A stretch of DNA of 64,000 nt from Antedon mediterranea (GCF_964355755.1 NC_092678.1:9068422-9132421); one strand, 5' to 3'. Positions 24,373 through 37,438 are shown, counted from the first letter of the stretch. The notes: generated from the sequence alone by a model not told the origin. Made by a program: numbers and translations.

Positions 24373-26239
24373 CTAACACTAACAGGGTGTTTATTTCCAA
24401 AACACAACTCAATTATTTATTCAATAATATATTATTGTAATCCATGTGAACAATCATGGGCAATGCTGCCCTCAATATACTACACACACGATGAGTCCAT
24501 CAAACGTAATACTGTATATGCTAGCCATGAAATCAAGTTTACTTCAAGAACAATAAACACATTAAATGTGTCTTATGACAATACTGCACGGAAGGTATGT
24601 TTTAATTTATTTTTTTTGTGGTACAGTACCTCCTATTATAAAAAATCATATTTTCACGCTGCTGCTCTAGCCCGCTACTGTACGTCTCAATCAGAAGCTA
24701 AAACAAGCAGCAGTTATAGTTCTAAGGACGACAGTTTTGCGAAAATGGAAACTCCACTATAATTTATAGATTTCCAGCTGCTCGACCCAAAAACGTCTGG
24801 GAAAAGAGTCAAGAGTCTATTAGGACATGTCATGCTAAAATTACAAATCCCAAAGCATTTCTGGTATTTATGAGTCCCATTTGACTGTAATACTGACTTT
24901 TGACTGTCAGATATTCATTGGATTATATAATCCAAACAGTCCATTAAAGTTTGTGTTTGTAATAGGATACTTCACACTTGAAATATATAGGGTGATGAAG
25001 TGACCCCCAGACTTGACCTTAGCAATAAAATTAACTAAAGTGACAGAAATTGAGTATTCACTTCTGTAACAAAAAATAATATTTATTCACATAAAAAGAG
25101 AAAAGAAACCCAAAAACCATTTTCTGACAGACAATTTAAGTATTTGTTGCTTTAAATTACATTTTTTTCAGGTAAAATAACTATTAGGCCTATGTGAAAA
25201 TAAAATGAGACATTCAAAAACATTTGAAATAAAAAATATTTTTCAATAAGCAAGCATTTTAAGAAATATTTCTTGTTATAATCTGCATTTCAATGGTTGA
25301 GTATCCAGTGAAATGTTAAACAGTTGTAGCCTATATCCAGGGCTATTGCATTTTCATTTAACAGTTAATAATAATTCAACATTTCTTAGTTTCTATCAAT
25401 GGTAAAACAATACAATAAAAAAGAATACCATTAATAGAGGATCTTGCAAGAAGAGAATACTTGTCACGCAAGACCCATAAACAAAAGAAAAAAATACATT
25501 TGTATATAATTATTAAATAATAAAAAAAAAAAGTCATGACAAAAACAGTTTGAAGGTCTAGTTTGAGTACAACGAAAAGTTGGGAGAGAGGAAGAGTTAA
25601 CAATACTAGTATTTCTTAAATCGTTTAGTAAAGATGGATATGAGTCGATGGCCCAAATTGGCTTTTAGTGCAATGCTATTCATTGGTCATACGTCTACAT
25701 GAATGAAGAATTTTTTTTTAGTTAAGTATAGTATAATTAAGGTTTTTTTTTTCTATGACGCTATGTGAATGTATTTTTATATATATTATTTTGTATCATT
25801 GTTATTACTAAACTGTAGTAGTCTGGTACTACTAATGTATTACTATAAATACAGTAATGATTAACAGGCTATACCTTACATTAAATATATTTACTTTATA
25901 GCGTTTTTTAAAGATTTTTTTTCGTATTAACTTATGATTTTATGTGAATGTATTTTTATATATTATTTTGTATCACTATGTATAATTGTTATTACTATAC
26001 TGTATAGGAAACCATTTCAATATTAACTGTCATGATAATTTTAATATCCTCATCAACAATTATTTTTGTTACTACTTCCTAGCTTTATATTTAACTAAAA
26101 TGTATCAACTCATGTCAGACAAATATTGCTACAGTATATAGTACTAATTTTAATTTATAAATTATCCGTCATTTTATGTTAATTGTGTTCAATATGGATG
26201 CACCACTTCCTGTGTGTGCCACCGATGTAAAGGTGCAAT

Positions 26240-27135
26240 TTCCAAATAAATTTATTTTATTATATATCTAATTGATTCCAAATTAAAGGGCCAGAAACAT
26301 AAATAAAGTGGGAAGAACTAGTTAATCTTACAAAAGGAATAGTTAACTGAAACTTATGAACAGTACTTCTTAAATTATGACCATGGTTGAAATCAGCAGT
26401 GTTAAATAAATTCATAATGGGAGAAGGAAGATTGTTAGAAAAATATTGAAAGACAAAATAGGCACTTTGCAATTTATGTATATCACCTAACTTCAGTAAC
26501 TTAAGTTCATAAAATAAAGGTTCAGATGGAGTAATGCGAGACGCAAAAGTAATATTTCTAATAGCACGCTTAATCAGCTTATTAAGTTTATCGAGATGAG
26601 ATGGATAGTCAGCAGCCCAAATAATGTTACAATAATAAAGATGAGGTAAAATTAAAGAATTATATAATGAAAGAAGGATACGCCAGGGAAAAGTGTGCTT
26701 AAGATTATTTATAATCCCAATTGTTTTAGAAATTTTATTTGCAATATGATTCTGATGACTGGTCCATCTCAAGTTTTCCTGGATTAAAACACCAAGGAAC
26801 ATAGTCTCTGACGTTTGTTTAATGTTAACTCCATTAATAAATATATTGTAATCAGTAAGGTCTAACGATTGACGTTGTGTATGAAAAAGAATGTAATTGG
26901 TTTTCATGGAGTTTATAAGGAGTTTATTTGAGATGAACCAGTCATTATATTTTGACAATTCATTATTAACTATAGAAAATAAAATAGTGTAGTGTCATCA
27001 GCAAAGGAGATGACATGGAGGGTGTCACTGACTCTGGATAAGTCATTTACGTAAATTAAAAAAAGGAGAGGGCCAAGAACCGACCCTTGTGGCACCCCAC
27101 ATGTCATCTCCTCCTCTGGTGACATACAATTACCA
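26240..27135 (-). mobile_element. 5'-truncated LINE (CR1/L2 group) RT fragment
   Basis: CGVPQGSVLGPLLFLIYVNDL...FADDT, then ORF 26260-26958 (FLGVLIQENLRW...LYNSLILPHLYYCNIIW). Confidence 0.9.
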
Positions 27136-27301
27136 ATTTTTATTAGGTATCAGAAATGTTTGTATTGTCTGCAAAAAAGAAGGTAATAAAAGAATAAAAT
27201 GCTCTACAGTATACCCATATTTTACTTAGGCCTAATATAATGTTTGTATTATCTGCAAAAAAGAATGTAATAAAATGCTCTACAGTATGAATATATTTTA
27301 T

Positions 27302-27454
27302 TTAGGCCTAAGGGACAGATGCAGTGGGGTAGTGCTAGAGGCATGCACTCAATTAGGCCTAAGGGACAGATGCAGTGGGGTAGTGCTAGAGGCATGCACT
27401 CAATTAGGCCTAAGGGACAGATGCAGTGGGGTAGTGCTAGAGGCATGCACTCAA
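27302..27454. repeat. Tandem repeat, 51 bp x 3 perfect copies
   Basis: Unit ttaggcctaagggacagatgcagtggggtagtgctagaggcatgcactcaa. Confidence 0.95.
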
Positions 27455-28232
27455 TTATTATACAGTTCTGCTTCTTTTTATCATCTTTAATGTATTTATT
27501 TGTTCGCAATATTAGCCATTCATGTCTAAAGCTCTGTCTACACTATTTTGACAAAAAAGTGTGATGTGCCCAAATATGGTAGTGATATACCTAAATATGG
27601 AAGTGATATGACATCATCATGTCCATATGTTTGAAAGTGCAGACAGAGCTTTATATTTGAAACAACATGTATATGGATATGTATATTGTCATTCATCCAG
27701 GTAGTATTAAGTTTATAAAATAAGATACCAAATGCCAAAATTCCATTGTTCGGCCTGATGATACGACAATGTTCCAGATTTTATCATGTTGTTGGAAAAT
27801 AATCTGTATCATACCAGGTCATACTGTAGGACAGATAATATTTTAGTTAAGGAAAATTGGACAAATGCTATTCTTTTGTATTTTTATAAATGAATATTTT
27901 GATAGACAGTTGACCCATGTAAGGGCAGATTACTTTTATGTATTAATATATTTTTAGTTATATTGAAAGCAGTGTAAACAGCTATTTACATAATGAGCAA
28001 AAACAAATAAACAAAATCAATACTAGTTTAACAGATTGATTGGTGTTTGTGTATTTTATATCAGTTTTTTTGCAACATTCACAAATTAAATCAATTTCTT
28101 TAAATAAATTACACACACGAAGAAAACTATTTTGTGTATTAAATCACAATTGTCTAAATCAATACAATAGAACAAGAGGAAATCATGAGTGTCATCTGGC
28201 TCGGAAATTCGTAGAACAATTTTTTTATATAC

Positions 28233-28508
28233 CATTTTAGGACGCTGATTCCAAATATCTATGTTATATGGGCAGTTTAGGGTGGTGTTTTCGAGAAAAG
28301 TGAACTTTTGTGACAAATTTTTCCTGTGTCGCACTGTCATTTCTTGTCAAAATAAGAATGGCGTATCGTTATTGGTCATGTGATTGATGTAAACACACGA
28401 CAATGCGACACAGAATCGAGCAACTGACAGAGTAGGTGAAAATTGGTCACAAAAGATTGCTTTTCTCGAAAACGCTGCCCGTATATTTGAAATCAGCGTC
28501 CTAAAATG
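28233..28508. repeat. Foldback inverted repeat (MITE-like), arms ~110 bp
   Basis: cattttaggacgctgattccaaatat / atatttgaaatcagcgtcctaaaatg, gttttcgagaaaag / cttttctcgaaaac, and ctgtgtcgca / tgcgacacag. Confidence 0.8.
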
Positions 28509-28789
28509 CCCATCTTTATTTCCTCCTGGTATACAACACTCCACTTACAAAAGGTGAACAGAATGTATTACTTCAAACAAAAGATTTCTTTCAAATCAAG
28601 CTTTTGTTCTAAAAAGCATATTATGACATATGTATAAACAGAAGTCATTTGACCAATCAAACGGGACAGCTTGAATGATCCGATTGTGATTGGTTAAATA
28701 TACATAGTTCAAAATCTGTTCACTTCCTGTTTATGTCGGCACAGATTGTTCCTTATTCGTTCCTTATTCCTCCTTATTCAAATTCTTCA

Positions 28790-31700
28790 TCATACACTTG
28801 TTTGCAATGCTGCATCTTGCTCATCATCAACATCAGGAAGGCCTATTTGTATACGTCCTTTGCCAGCCTTTAAACAACAACCAGCCTTCATGTCTCTATA
28901 TTTACCACGCATCTCTTTTGGAAGAGCAACTTCACCAGGACATGTGACTTGACCATCAACCTGGCAGATACACTTCCTGCCAAAACGTCTACCAAAATGT
29001 GCAGGATTTACTAACTGCCTTCGCGCCAACTCTTCAGCAGCTAGTATTAGTCTATGAATTTAAAATAAATGTACAAATAAATAATTTTTTAGTTGAAGGG
29101 AGAAATATTCTTTTATTTACTGTCCTAAATGAAAAATTTATTCAATTAATTTGCTTTTGATTATCAGCACAAAAAGGTGTGAGAACCTAGATTGTGCACT
29201 CTTCAGGTGGGTTTTGAATTAGAAACTGGCATAACAAGTTCAACAGAGTTATGCTTGACTTGCGGAATTGTAAAAAAACAATAACCATCTGCTGTTTTGT
29301 ACAGCAATGAGGTGTTGCTGATATCTGTTCCTTCTATGTAGATGTGCATGCTAAGGCTTAGATTTCATGCTATTCTTACATTCTAATGCTAACCATACAA
29401 AATCAATAATAAAACAAAATCACTTACTCAGATTTGCCTAATACTTTATTAAGGCGCTCAACAATTTCTGATTGGCTGAAATTGTCAATATCGATTAATA
29501 CTTCTTCACAACCATCTTAAAAAATCAATAACAAAGTTTTGGATAAATGTTTGCCTAGATTAACTCCATCAATTACATTCATTTTTTTATTATAGTATTG
29601 AAAAATTAGATTCATTATTTCATTCCCAAAATTAGTTACTGTTTACCTAACACAAATAAGTCTTACCTAAAAAACATTGTATATATGGAGATGGTGTGAG
29701 ATTGGTGAGTGTTTGCATCTGAACTTTTGGGTTATTATATTGTAGCTGTTGAAGATTGTAGAACACAAAATCTCTGAAATGAGATAAATATATCTGAAAT
29801 AAATATCAAATTAACATAGCCTAAACAACCTAGTTTAATATTGAGGATAAGACTCGAAATACTGTAATAAAGCTTTGGCGTAATAACTGGCAATTTTCAG
29901 TGTGTATGAAATAAATACTGTACAGTACAGTAACATTGATTCATGAAGTTAAATACAATTCTCACCATGGGAATTACCTCCGAAAAAGAAATTTAAGCGA
30001 AACCAATTTTGTGTTTTATATCGCTCACCGATTACTTGTCCTGGCACTATTTGGAGTGGTACATTAACCATTTTACTTAAATGCTTGCTGTCAGGTCAAA
30101 GTAGTACCACATTTGAAAAATACCTAATCGAGGCAAATCGTTTAACCTCAATTTATTTTAAACTTATTTAAAATGAAACCTAATTAGTGCACGATTTTCA
30201 TTGTGGTATAAAATGTTTATACATACAAAGATATATAAAAAAATATAAATTTAAGAATTTTCAAAATATTTACAATACAATTTGCTAGAGGAAAATAAAA
30301 TCTTGTATTAAAAAAAAACCATATAAAATGCCGAGGAAGATCATGGAAGCAGCAAACATTAGACAGTTCAAGATACAAATTATGTACAGAATTGGACTAT
30401 TTTTAAAGTGATTTGTTTTGATTTTTGGTTGTTTAATAATTTGTAATAATAAATGGGACTTAATTTATACAGTATACCGCATTATGCAGAGTGGCCTTTT
30501 CAAATAGAGCACTTCTGCGGTAAGAGGCACTCGGACAGTCTTTCCAGGCACTGGGTCAAGGCATTGTCATACAAGGTATATTTGTTTCCTAAAAATATAT
30601 CTACAAATTTGTTTCTGTACTTGTTTAATTTCTGCACTCTAATGCACCAGGGTGCCACCGCAAAGGAGGGACATACTCAACAATCTACTTATGTTTGATG
30701 TCAACATGATCCACAGAAGGTTGTATTGTAGTCTGAGGAGCTTAATCTGAAAGTGCAGTAACTAACTCAGTGGTGCAAGACTCAGTTTTTGGGACCACCA
30801 CAGTACCGTATGCTTTTTAATAATAATATTCGTTTTTTTCGTATTTATAGCACAAGGATCATAAGAACCTGGCAAGCATCCAAATCTTGGAAAGATGAAA
30901 TACAGTACAAAGAGGCAATGGGAAGTATATGGAAATTGTTTAATAAATACTACGTATATTTTATTTTTTTTAAATTTTATTTTTAAAACCAGAAATAACA
31001 GCAGAAACAAATCCGCCACTTACAGCTTGGTTTAAAAAGACAAATACAACAACTCAGAAAAACTTAAATTACGACGAAACAGATGAAGATTGGAATTAAA
31101 AATGTTGATATGGGGATGGGCCTGGACTAAACTTTTATAAATTACGGGCAGGGACACGAATACCAAAAATAGAATGAAGACATTTAAAAAGAAATAATAT
31201 GAAATCCCAGTGGGATTCAATCATCCTACTTGGATGAATAAAAATCCCAGTATAACAAAAAAAAATCAAAAAAAAAAAACTCCATCCCACTACTTTATCA
31301 AATTCTGTTGAGGTGTTGAGTCCACTCACATTGGACAAAATCTCAGTTCTATTTAATAGCTCACTTTTTTTAAATTCTACAAAATAACCACCATGGTAGG
31401 GGCAGACAGATTCCCCGAAAATCTCCCCACCCCCGAATAAATCATGCACACAAAACAGCACTATATAACCCTTGCACACACCAACCTATGTATGGCACAA
31501 AGACACCCTAGCCGGGAAACCTCCCCATCCCCAAAAATACTCCCACCCACACACAAAAAAATCTGGTACGGGACTAGATTCACTTGACGTGACATCACCA
31601 AGCTGCTTTTAAATGTAAACTCTACCATCATCGACATTGAGACGCGAACATTCCCACATATTTTTATAGATCAATAAAATCCACACCGAGTGCCACCCAC

Positions 31701-34700
31701 TCAATCATCAGGTTTATTTATTGGTTTGTGTTATTAGTCCCACACTTTGTTTTGAAACATCATAAATGATAAGATAAGGGCCGTCGATTTGAACTCAGCC
31801 ATGCCGTTCCGTACTCGGAGAAGGAGAAAACCCTTTATTCCCAGCATGACGGCCGTGGCTTCTTTGATCATTATGGTGAGTAGTTAATGTCATCTCATTC
31901 TATTTAAAACATCCATTTGTTTTATTACGTTGTTGAGTTAATTCTTTTATATTTCAAATTTTTCGTTTACTACAAGTTTTAAATAATTGTTGAGTTGTTT
32001 TATACTGTAATGTTGAGGGTGCTGATGAGTGCAATATGCACGCCTGCATAGACAATGCATGCATGTTTCGTTTTCTGCAGGAGATCTGATCAATAGCCAC
32101 CTCCTTAACCGAGGATCGAAAAAGCCATATATCATCGATGCCATATTAACTACATTAAACAAAATAACTGGCTCAAATATACTTGAAATAAATATAGACT
32201 AAAGGCATGTGTTTGGACTTTTTTTCTAATGTATTTTTCGGAATGTTGAATTTAATTAAACACATGTAATTATAAATGATGATGATGATGATGGCTGTCC
32301 TGGGATATACAACCGTTTCCTGGGATATACAACAGTTTCGCATCACACCGTTATATCTTCGATTTCTCACCAAAATTTTCCTTGTTCAAACTCACAAATA
32401 TATATTATGTATCTATATCTACGATTGATGTCAGCTGTTTTACACTTGTGTATTGATATATGTGGAGCGAAGACGTTACGGTTACTATATAAATCTGTGT
32501 GGGGAAGAAAGCTAAAATGTCCGGCCCACTAAAAGGTAATTACTAATAAAAGGGACAACCACATTTATAAAGATATTCCAAAAAAATAAAGCAGGAGTAC
32601 GGAATAGACTCCAAAGCAAGTAAACTCAAAGCTGAAGAGCCTGCGAAAGCAGTACAACATTGCAAAAGACAATAACTCGGGGAAGGAACGAATTACTTTG
32701 AATTACGATGTTTTGGCCCGGATATTGGGAGATCGGGCCATAGCTGTGCTCTCACAACATCTCTATCACTAGGGCTAGGCTTTTGAAAGTGAGGCATAAA
32801 ACTTTGTGTATTGCGACTTTTAATTATCGACCAAATACATGAATGGCAATTTGGGTAAAAAGGATGAATTTTAACACGACCACCCAAGAAGTATTGTCAA
32901 TGTTAGCAGAAACGGGGTACTAAAAAATACCATATTTTATACTGTAGTTTGAGCAGTTGCAGCAGAAACAGGCCCTATTTGAGGAAAAGGTGCTGTATTG
33001 AAAGGCCTTTTTTATTGCATATACAGTATTCCAACTGTTCCGCTTTCAGCGGGATTGTCCCGCTTTTTGATGCTCTGTCCCGCTGTCCCGCCCAACCCTT
33101 GAATTGTCCCGCTTTCAAAATATTTTATGATGAAAAAAAAATTCAATATTATTTTGAAAACTACAGTAGAACCTCCATTTTACGTACGGTACGGGACCGA
33201 AAGGCGTACGTAAAACAAAGGATTCGTAAAATCAAGGTTGACCTTAAATTGACCCCAAATACTTAGAGATCGTAGCTAAAGGCTACCCTGTTTGTCTACT
33301 TTACTGAACAGAATGCAGGTTGTCACTAGCTCTAGGCCTTGCCTAGCTAGACTATTCAGGCCAGGCTAGCAGGCCTAGCAAGATGTGAGGCCTAACTAGA
33401 AAAGTACAGTACTGTATATACACGTGTACTTTTTGTCGGGGAATATAATATACAGTAAAAAGCGTTCGCGTTCACTTCGTAGCTAGCTCCAGCGCCTAGA
33501 AAACCGTGACGTTTCATTGACCGTGAGAGTACGTCAGAATGATATTATGCACTTTATATGCATTCATTATTGCCAGCGATCTAACTTACTACTAAACAAT
33601 AGCTAGGTACGCACTTGTCTGGCGGTATCCCTTTGTACGAATCGTTCAACGTTGGGTCGAGACGCGTGATATCATGTTCCATCCAGGGACCAAAATGTGT
33701 ACTGTAGTTATTTTCCAGGCGAAGTTTACCGACGGATACGTCGTGTACTGCGTCGACGTACGCTACACTACAGCAAAAACGAATTATGTTAATTGTTCGT
33801 ATGTTCACCAATTTTTTAATTTACAAGTAACCTTCTGTACCGTGGGGCACCTAAAATAAATTTTTCATCCATTACTAAACAAAAAAACATGCCATTTTCG
33901 CTTAGCCAACATCTTATTATAGCTACCGTATAGTTATTACATTTTCAATATCCTGTATGTCATGAATTTCTCACCACTCGGAAGTCCAGATGGTATGCAT
34001 GCATACGCCTGGGAGGAATAACTTATTTACCCGACTGAAAAAGGTCTACGCTTGCGTTTTTTAAGCCTCTAGGCCTGATGTTTCCAAAGTATAAAATGCA
34101 ATTTTTTGAAGACCTGCAGCTCTAGTTTTAAACATTTTCTTAGCTCAGCCCCAACAATAAAGCTGGTCATATTTTGAAGAACAAGAAGTACATTTTCCGG
34201 GACCTAACATCTCTATTTTTCAAACATTTCTTAGCTCAGTCACAACCATGATAGGGACTTATATATTTTTTTTCATTTTTTGAAGTATAATAAGTCCAAT
34301 TTCCGGGACCTCCAACTCTATTTTTCTAAATTTTCTTTGAACTTTTATTTTTTAAATTGAAAAATATTGATTGAAACAGTCATCGCGCATCTTTTTTTGA
34401 ACACAGTATTTTATTTATACATTATAAAAAATGGAAAAAATGGCTACCCTAAATCTGATTAAAAAGACCTCAAATGACGCTAGAACGCGTTGCTTCCGGG
34501 GGCTTCGCCCCCTGGACCCCCACCGGGGGCCCTTGGCGGCCCCCTGGCCCCAGCCTAGTGATGCTCGCTTCGCTCGCATAGCCCCCTCGTCGGGGAATGT
34601 AGCCCCCGCGTCGGGAAGATCCTGGCGCCACCCCTGACGGCACCGGTAGGCCTATAAAAACAAGTTATCACTATCGAAAAATGTATTACATTTTATAAAT

Positions 34701-37438
34701 CATAAATCTTACATCAATGTTTCGCCAAAATCCACATAGTAAAGACACCAGGCCTAGTTAACTAGGCCTAAAGTTGGTCCGGAACCGTTTTACGACTAGG
34801 CCTAGGCTAGCCTAGTACTACTAGCCTAGCTAGTAAACTGATGATAATATTCATACCATTTCTAAACAAGTTTGTGAAACACCAAAACAATTAGGGTAAT
34901 ACATACAATAATAAAATTAAAGACTTCATATTGAAAATTCATCCATTATTTTTTATTAAGATAACAAACAAACATGCCAATCCACATAAACTTTTGTAAT
35001 GCTTCGGCGGCATAGCTAGCGCGCGACCGATACACAATGCGCCAAACCATCGCTGTACGCGCTACTGTGCTGCGCGGTGTATGTTATTTCGACAGGTACC
35101 ATTTTGACAATCGTTCGTAACCAAATTAGTTTCTTTCAAAAAGTAAAATATTCACGGTCCAGACCGAATATAGTGTCCATATTTATAGTATATACCAATA
35201 ATTAACCTATCTACCGGATTTCGTAAAAAAACGCAAAAAACGAAGATCTTCGTGTTTGGCAGTCAAGCGTTGTGTTTCCAAAAACGAAGATCTTCGTGTT
35301 TGGCAGTCAAAGTGTTAAGTAACAGCAAATAAGTCAGTGTGTCGCAGTTTGTAATTAAATGTTCACATTGCACGTGTGTCCCCGTCCCCTTGGGCCGGGC
35401 CTTGGGCCTTTTAAGAAAAAAAAATCCATTTGTTTCGTGGGAAAGTGTCCCCTGAATATATTATAGAAGGTGTCCCAAAGAAGAGCTACTGTCACCATGG
35501 ATACTCTTTAGAAATCTAGAAATAGAAGTACATTTAATACATTATTTTGTATCACAAACGCGTGGTGGAAAGAACACATTTAATTTATTTAGTATGGTGA
35601 ACAATTATAAATTCAATTCATTTTTGTGGACCCGGTCGTCTTTCCTTTATTTATATATTAATGGGCCTGATCGTCCACACAGTTGAGCCCGATCGTCTGT
35701 CAACAATCATCTAAACAATAGGTACGCGATTGTCTGGCGGTGTACTTTGTACGAATTGTTCGTGGCCTAGCTCGCAGTAGTGCGATATTCGCGTCAATAT
35801 CATGTTACATCCAGGGACCAAAAATCATATTTATTTTTCAGGTGAAAATCAGCAAACACGTATCACTCGACGCGTACGCTCATACAGGGTAGGTATGAGT
35901 TATTCACGAACGATCGAGTTTACAAATTTTTCAATTAATTTACGAATAACCTTTTGTACTGTGTCTGTGGTAGCGACTAGCAAAACCGCTAGAGGGCAGC
36001 AGACATCTTTAGGGAATAGACAAGTGTGACCCTTAACCTGTTAAAAAGGGGTCAACTTGCGCATGAATTTACGAACTCTGATTGGCTATTCAGAAAAAAC
36101 GAATGACTGTACGATCTTTTCCGGAAAATTCCGATGAAAAATTTGAAATTCCTTTGCCCACATGTCTTCGCGATGACATTTTATTTTGGGCTCGAAATGT
36201 TAGTAAAATCAGAAAAAATCGAAAACATGCCTAATATTTTGGGATTTTGCTTATATATTTTAGATATATTTATATTTTAACAGTGTACGCCTTTGGTTTT
36301 ACATAAATATCACCTATATTGGATCACAAAAGGTTTTTAATCACCTGATGCTAGGTGAGTAAGCAATTCTAGGCCGCGAAGTGCCTGATGACGTCATCAC
36401 ACAGCCTGGCTGAGGTGGGGGTATTCCTCCGGGACATTCGCGCAGTCCGGGGAGAGGGTAAACATAAAATAAGTACTTTCTATCTTATTTTTGTGATTTT
36501 GACACAATTTCCAAACAAAATGTGGTATTATGCAAATATATATTTGTCACCATCAACTTTCTAATTAAAAATATGTTCATAAAATGTATTTATATGTGTT
36601 TTAGTAGTATTTTCACCCAGTGACTATTTGTGTACAAGGTCACAAACGCGGGGTGGGGATTCCTATGTAAACAAAGGATAGTGATGGTGCCAAATTTTTA
36701 CACCTTATTTTATTCATAACTTTCGAAATACTCAATCAATTTTGTTGATTTAAAGTTTAAAATGCTTACGATTATATACTCTTTCAAACTGAACACTATT
36801 CAAATGCAGAAAGATAAATTGAAAAATATATGCCAGTCCCTATCTGTGGGGCATATTTGGAGGATTTTTAGAGATTTAGGTATTGGGCACATGTCTGGCT
36901 GGGATGGGAGTTTTCAGTCGGGTGGGGAACGAACGTGACCCCCCGTCCCCTTTACTTAAAAAAAATAATCAATATGTCCCGCTTTTGAAAGCCCATGGGT
37001 TGGAATGTCTGTTATTGCATAGAGATATTATAGTGAATCTCTATGGTTATTGTGATAAAAGTAATTTAACAACGGTGGCTAAAAAAATCATCATGTGAAC
37101 ATGTTACATAAATGGATTAATGGCCCAAAATTGTATGATGTTGGTGTGAGAAAAAGTTCAGGTGAGAAATCGAAGATAAAACAGTGTGGTGCGAAACTGC
37201 AGTAGCGCCAATTATATTTAGGTCCCTGGCCGGCTGGGGAGCAAAATAAACGTAGGAGTCAATGGGTTTAAAAAGGCCCGAATCGTCTCGTCTGTCCGAC
37301 TTACCTAGCTCCTTGACATTTTTCTCCAAACGTGTTATACGTAATTGTAAATACCCGAACACGTTCCTTGAAATGTACTTTACCCTCTTTGAGGTATCGT
37401 AATGTTCTACGCAAAGGGAATTTACCTATCATAGGCAT
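28790..37438 (-). CDS. MRPS25: Mitochondrial small-subunit ribosomal protein mS25; exons 37438-37305, 29773-29667, 29515-29428, 29051-28790
   Basis: The spliced product [27 protein letters not shown]...[18 protein letters not shown]...[21 protein letters not shown]...LGKSE/...NPAHFG...[12 protein letters not shown]...LPKEMRGKY matches mS25. All introns are GT-AG with compatible phases. Confidence 0.95.
32517..32760 (+). pseudogene. Myb/SANT-like (trihelix) remnant, probably a PIF/Harbinger accessory gene
   Basis: [37 protein letters not shown], with stops and frameshifts upstream. Confidence 0.55.
33022..37011. mobile_element. Composite non-autonomous hAT-like element containing nested repeats (MRPS25 intron 1)
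   Basis: Ends CAGTATTCCAAC and GTTGGAATGTCTG, subterminal GTCCCGC motifs at both ends, flanking direct repeat TTATTGCATA (33012-33021 and 37012-37021). Confidence 0.6.
35971..36842. mobile_element. 872-bp non-autonomous TIR element nested in a dispersed repeat
   Basis: TIRs TAGCGACTAGCA / TGCCAGTCCCTA and flanking TCTGTGG duplication. The host repeat is uninterrupted at ~58710-58980. Confidence 0.75.

Noticed and set aside
27249-27564. Three overlapping repetitive ORFs
   Set aside because: Produced by the 51-bp tandem repeat.
27753-27820. Second CTGATGA-containing hairpin
   Set aside because: A simple imperfect inverted repeat without hammerhead topology.
30025-30150. Candidate first coding exon of MRPS25 (donor-like gtgagc)
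   Set aside because: No mS25 similarity. The true N-terminus is at 37305-37438.
32022-32050. Hammerhead ribozyme (CTGATGA + stem GTGCA-ATA-TGCAC)
   Set aside because: The required GAAA after stem II is absent (GCCT) and no stems I or III were found.
37117-37362. 81-aa ORF from the track
   Set aside because: Out-of-frame read across MRPS25 exon 1 and its intron.
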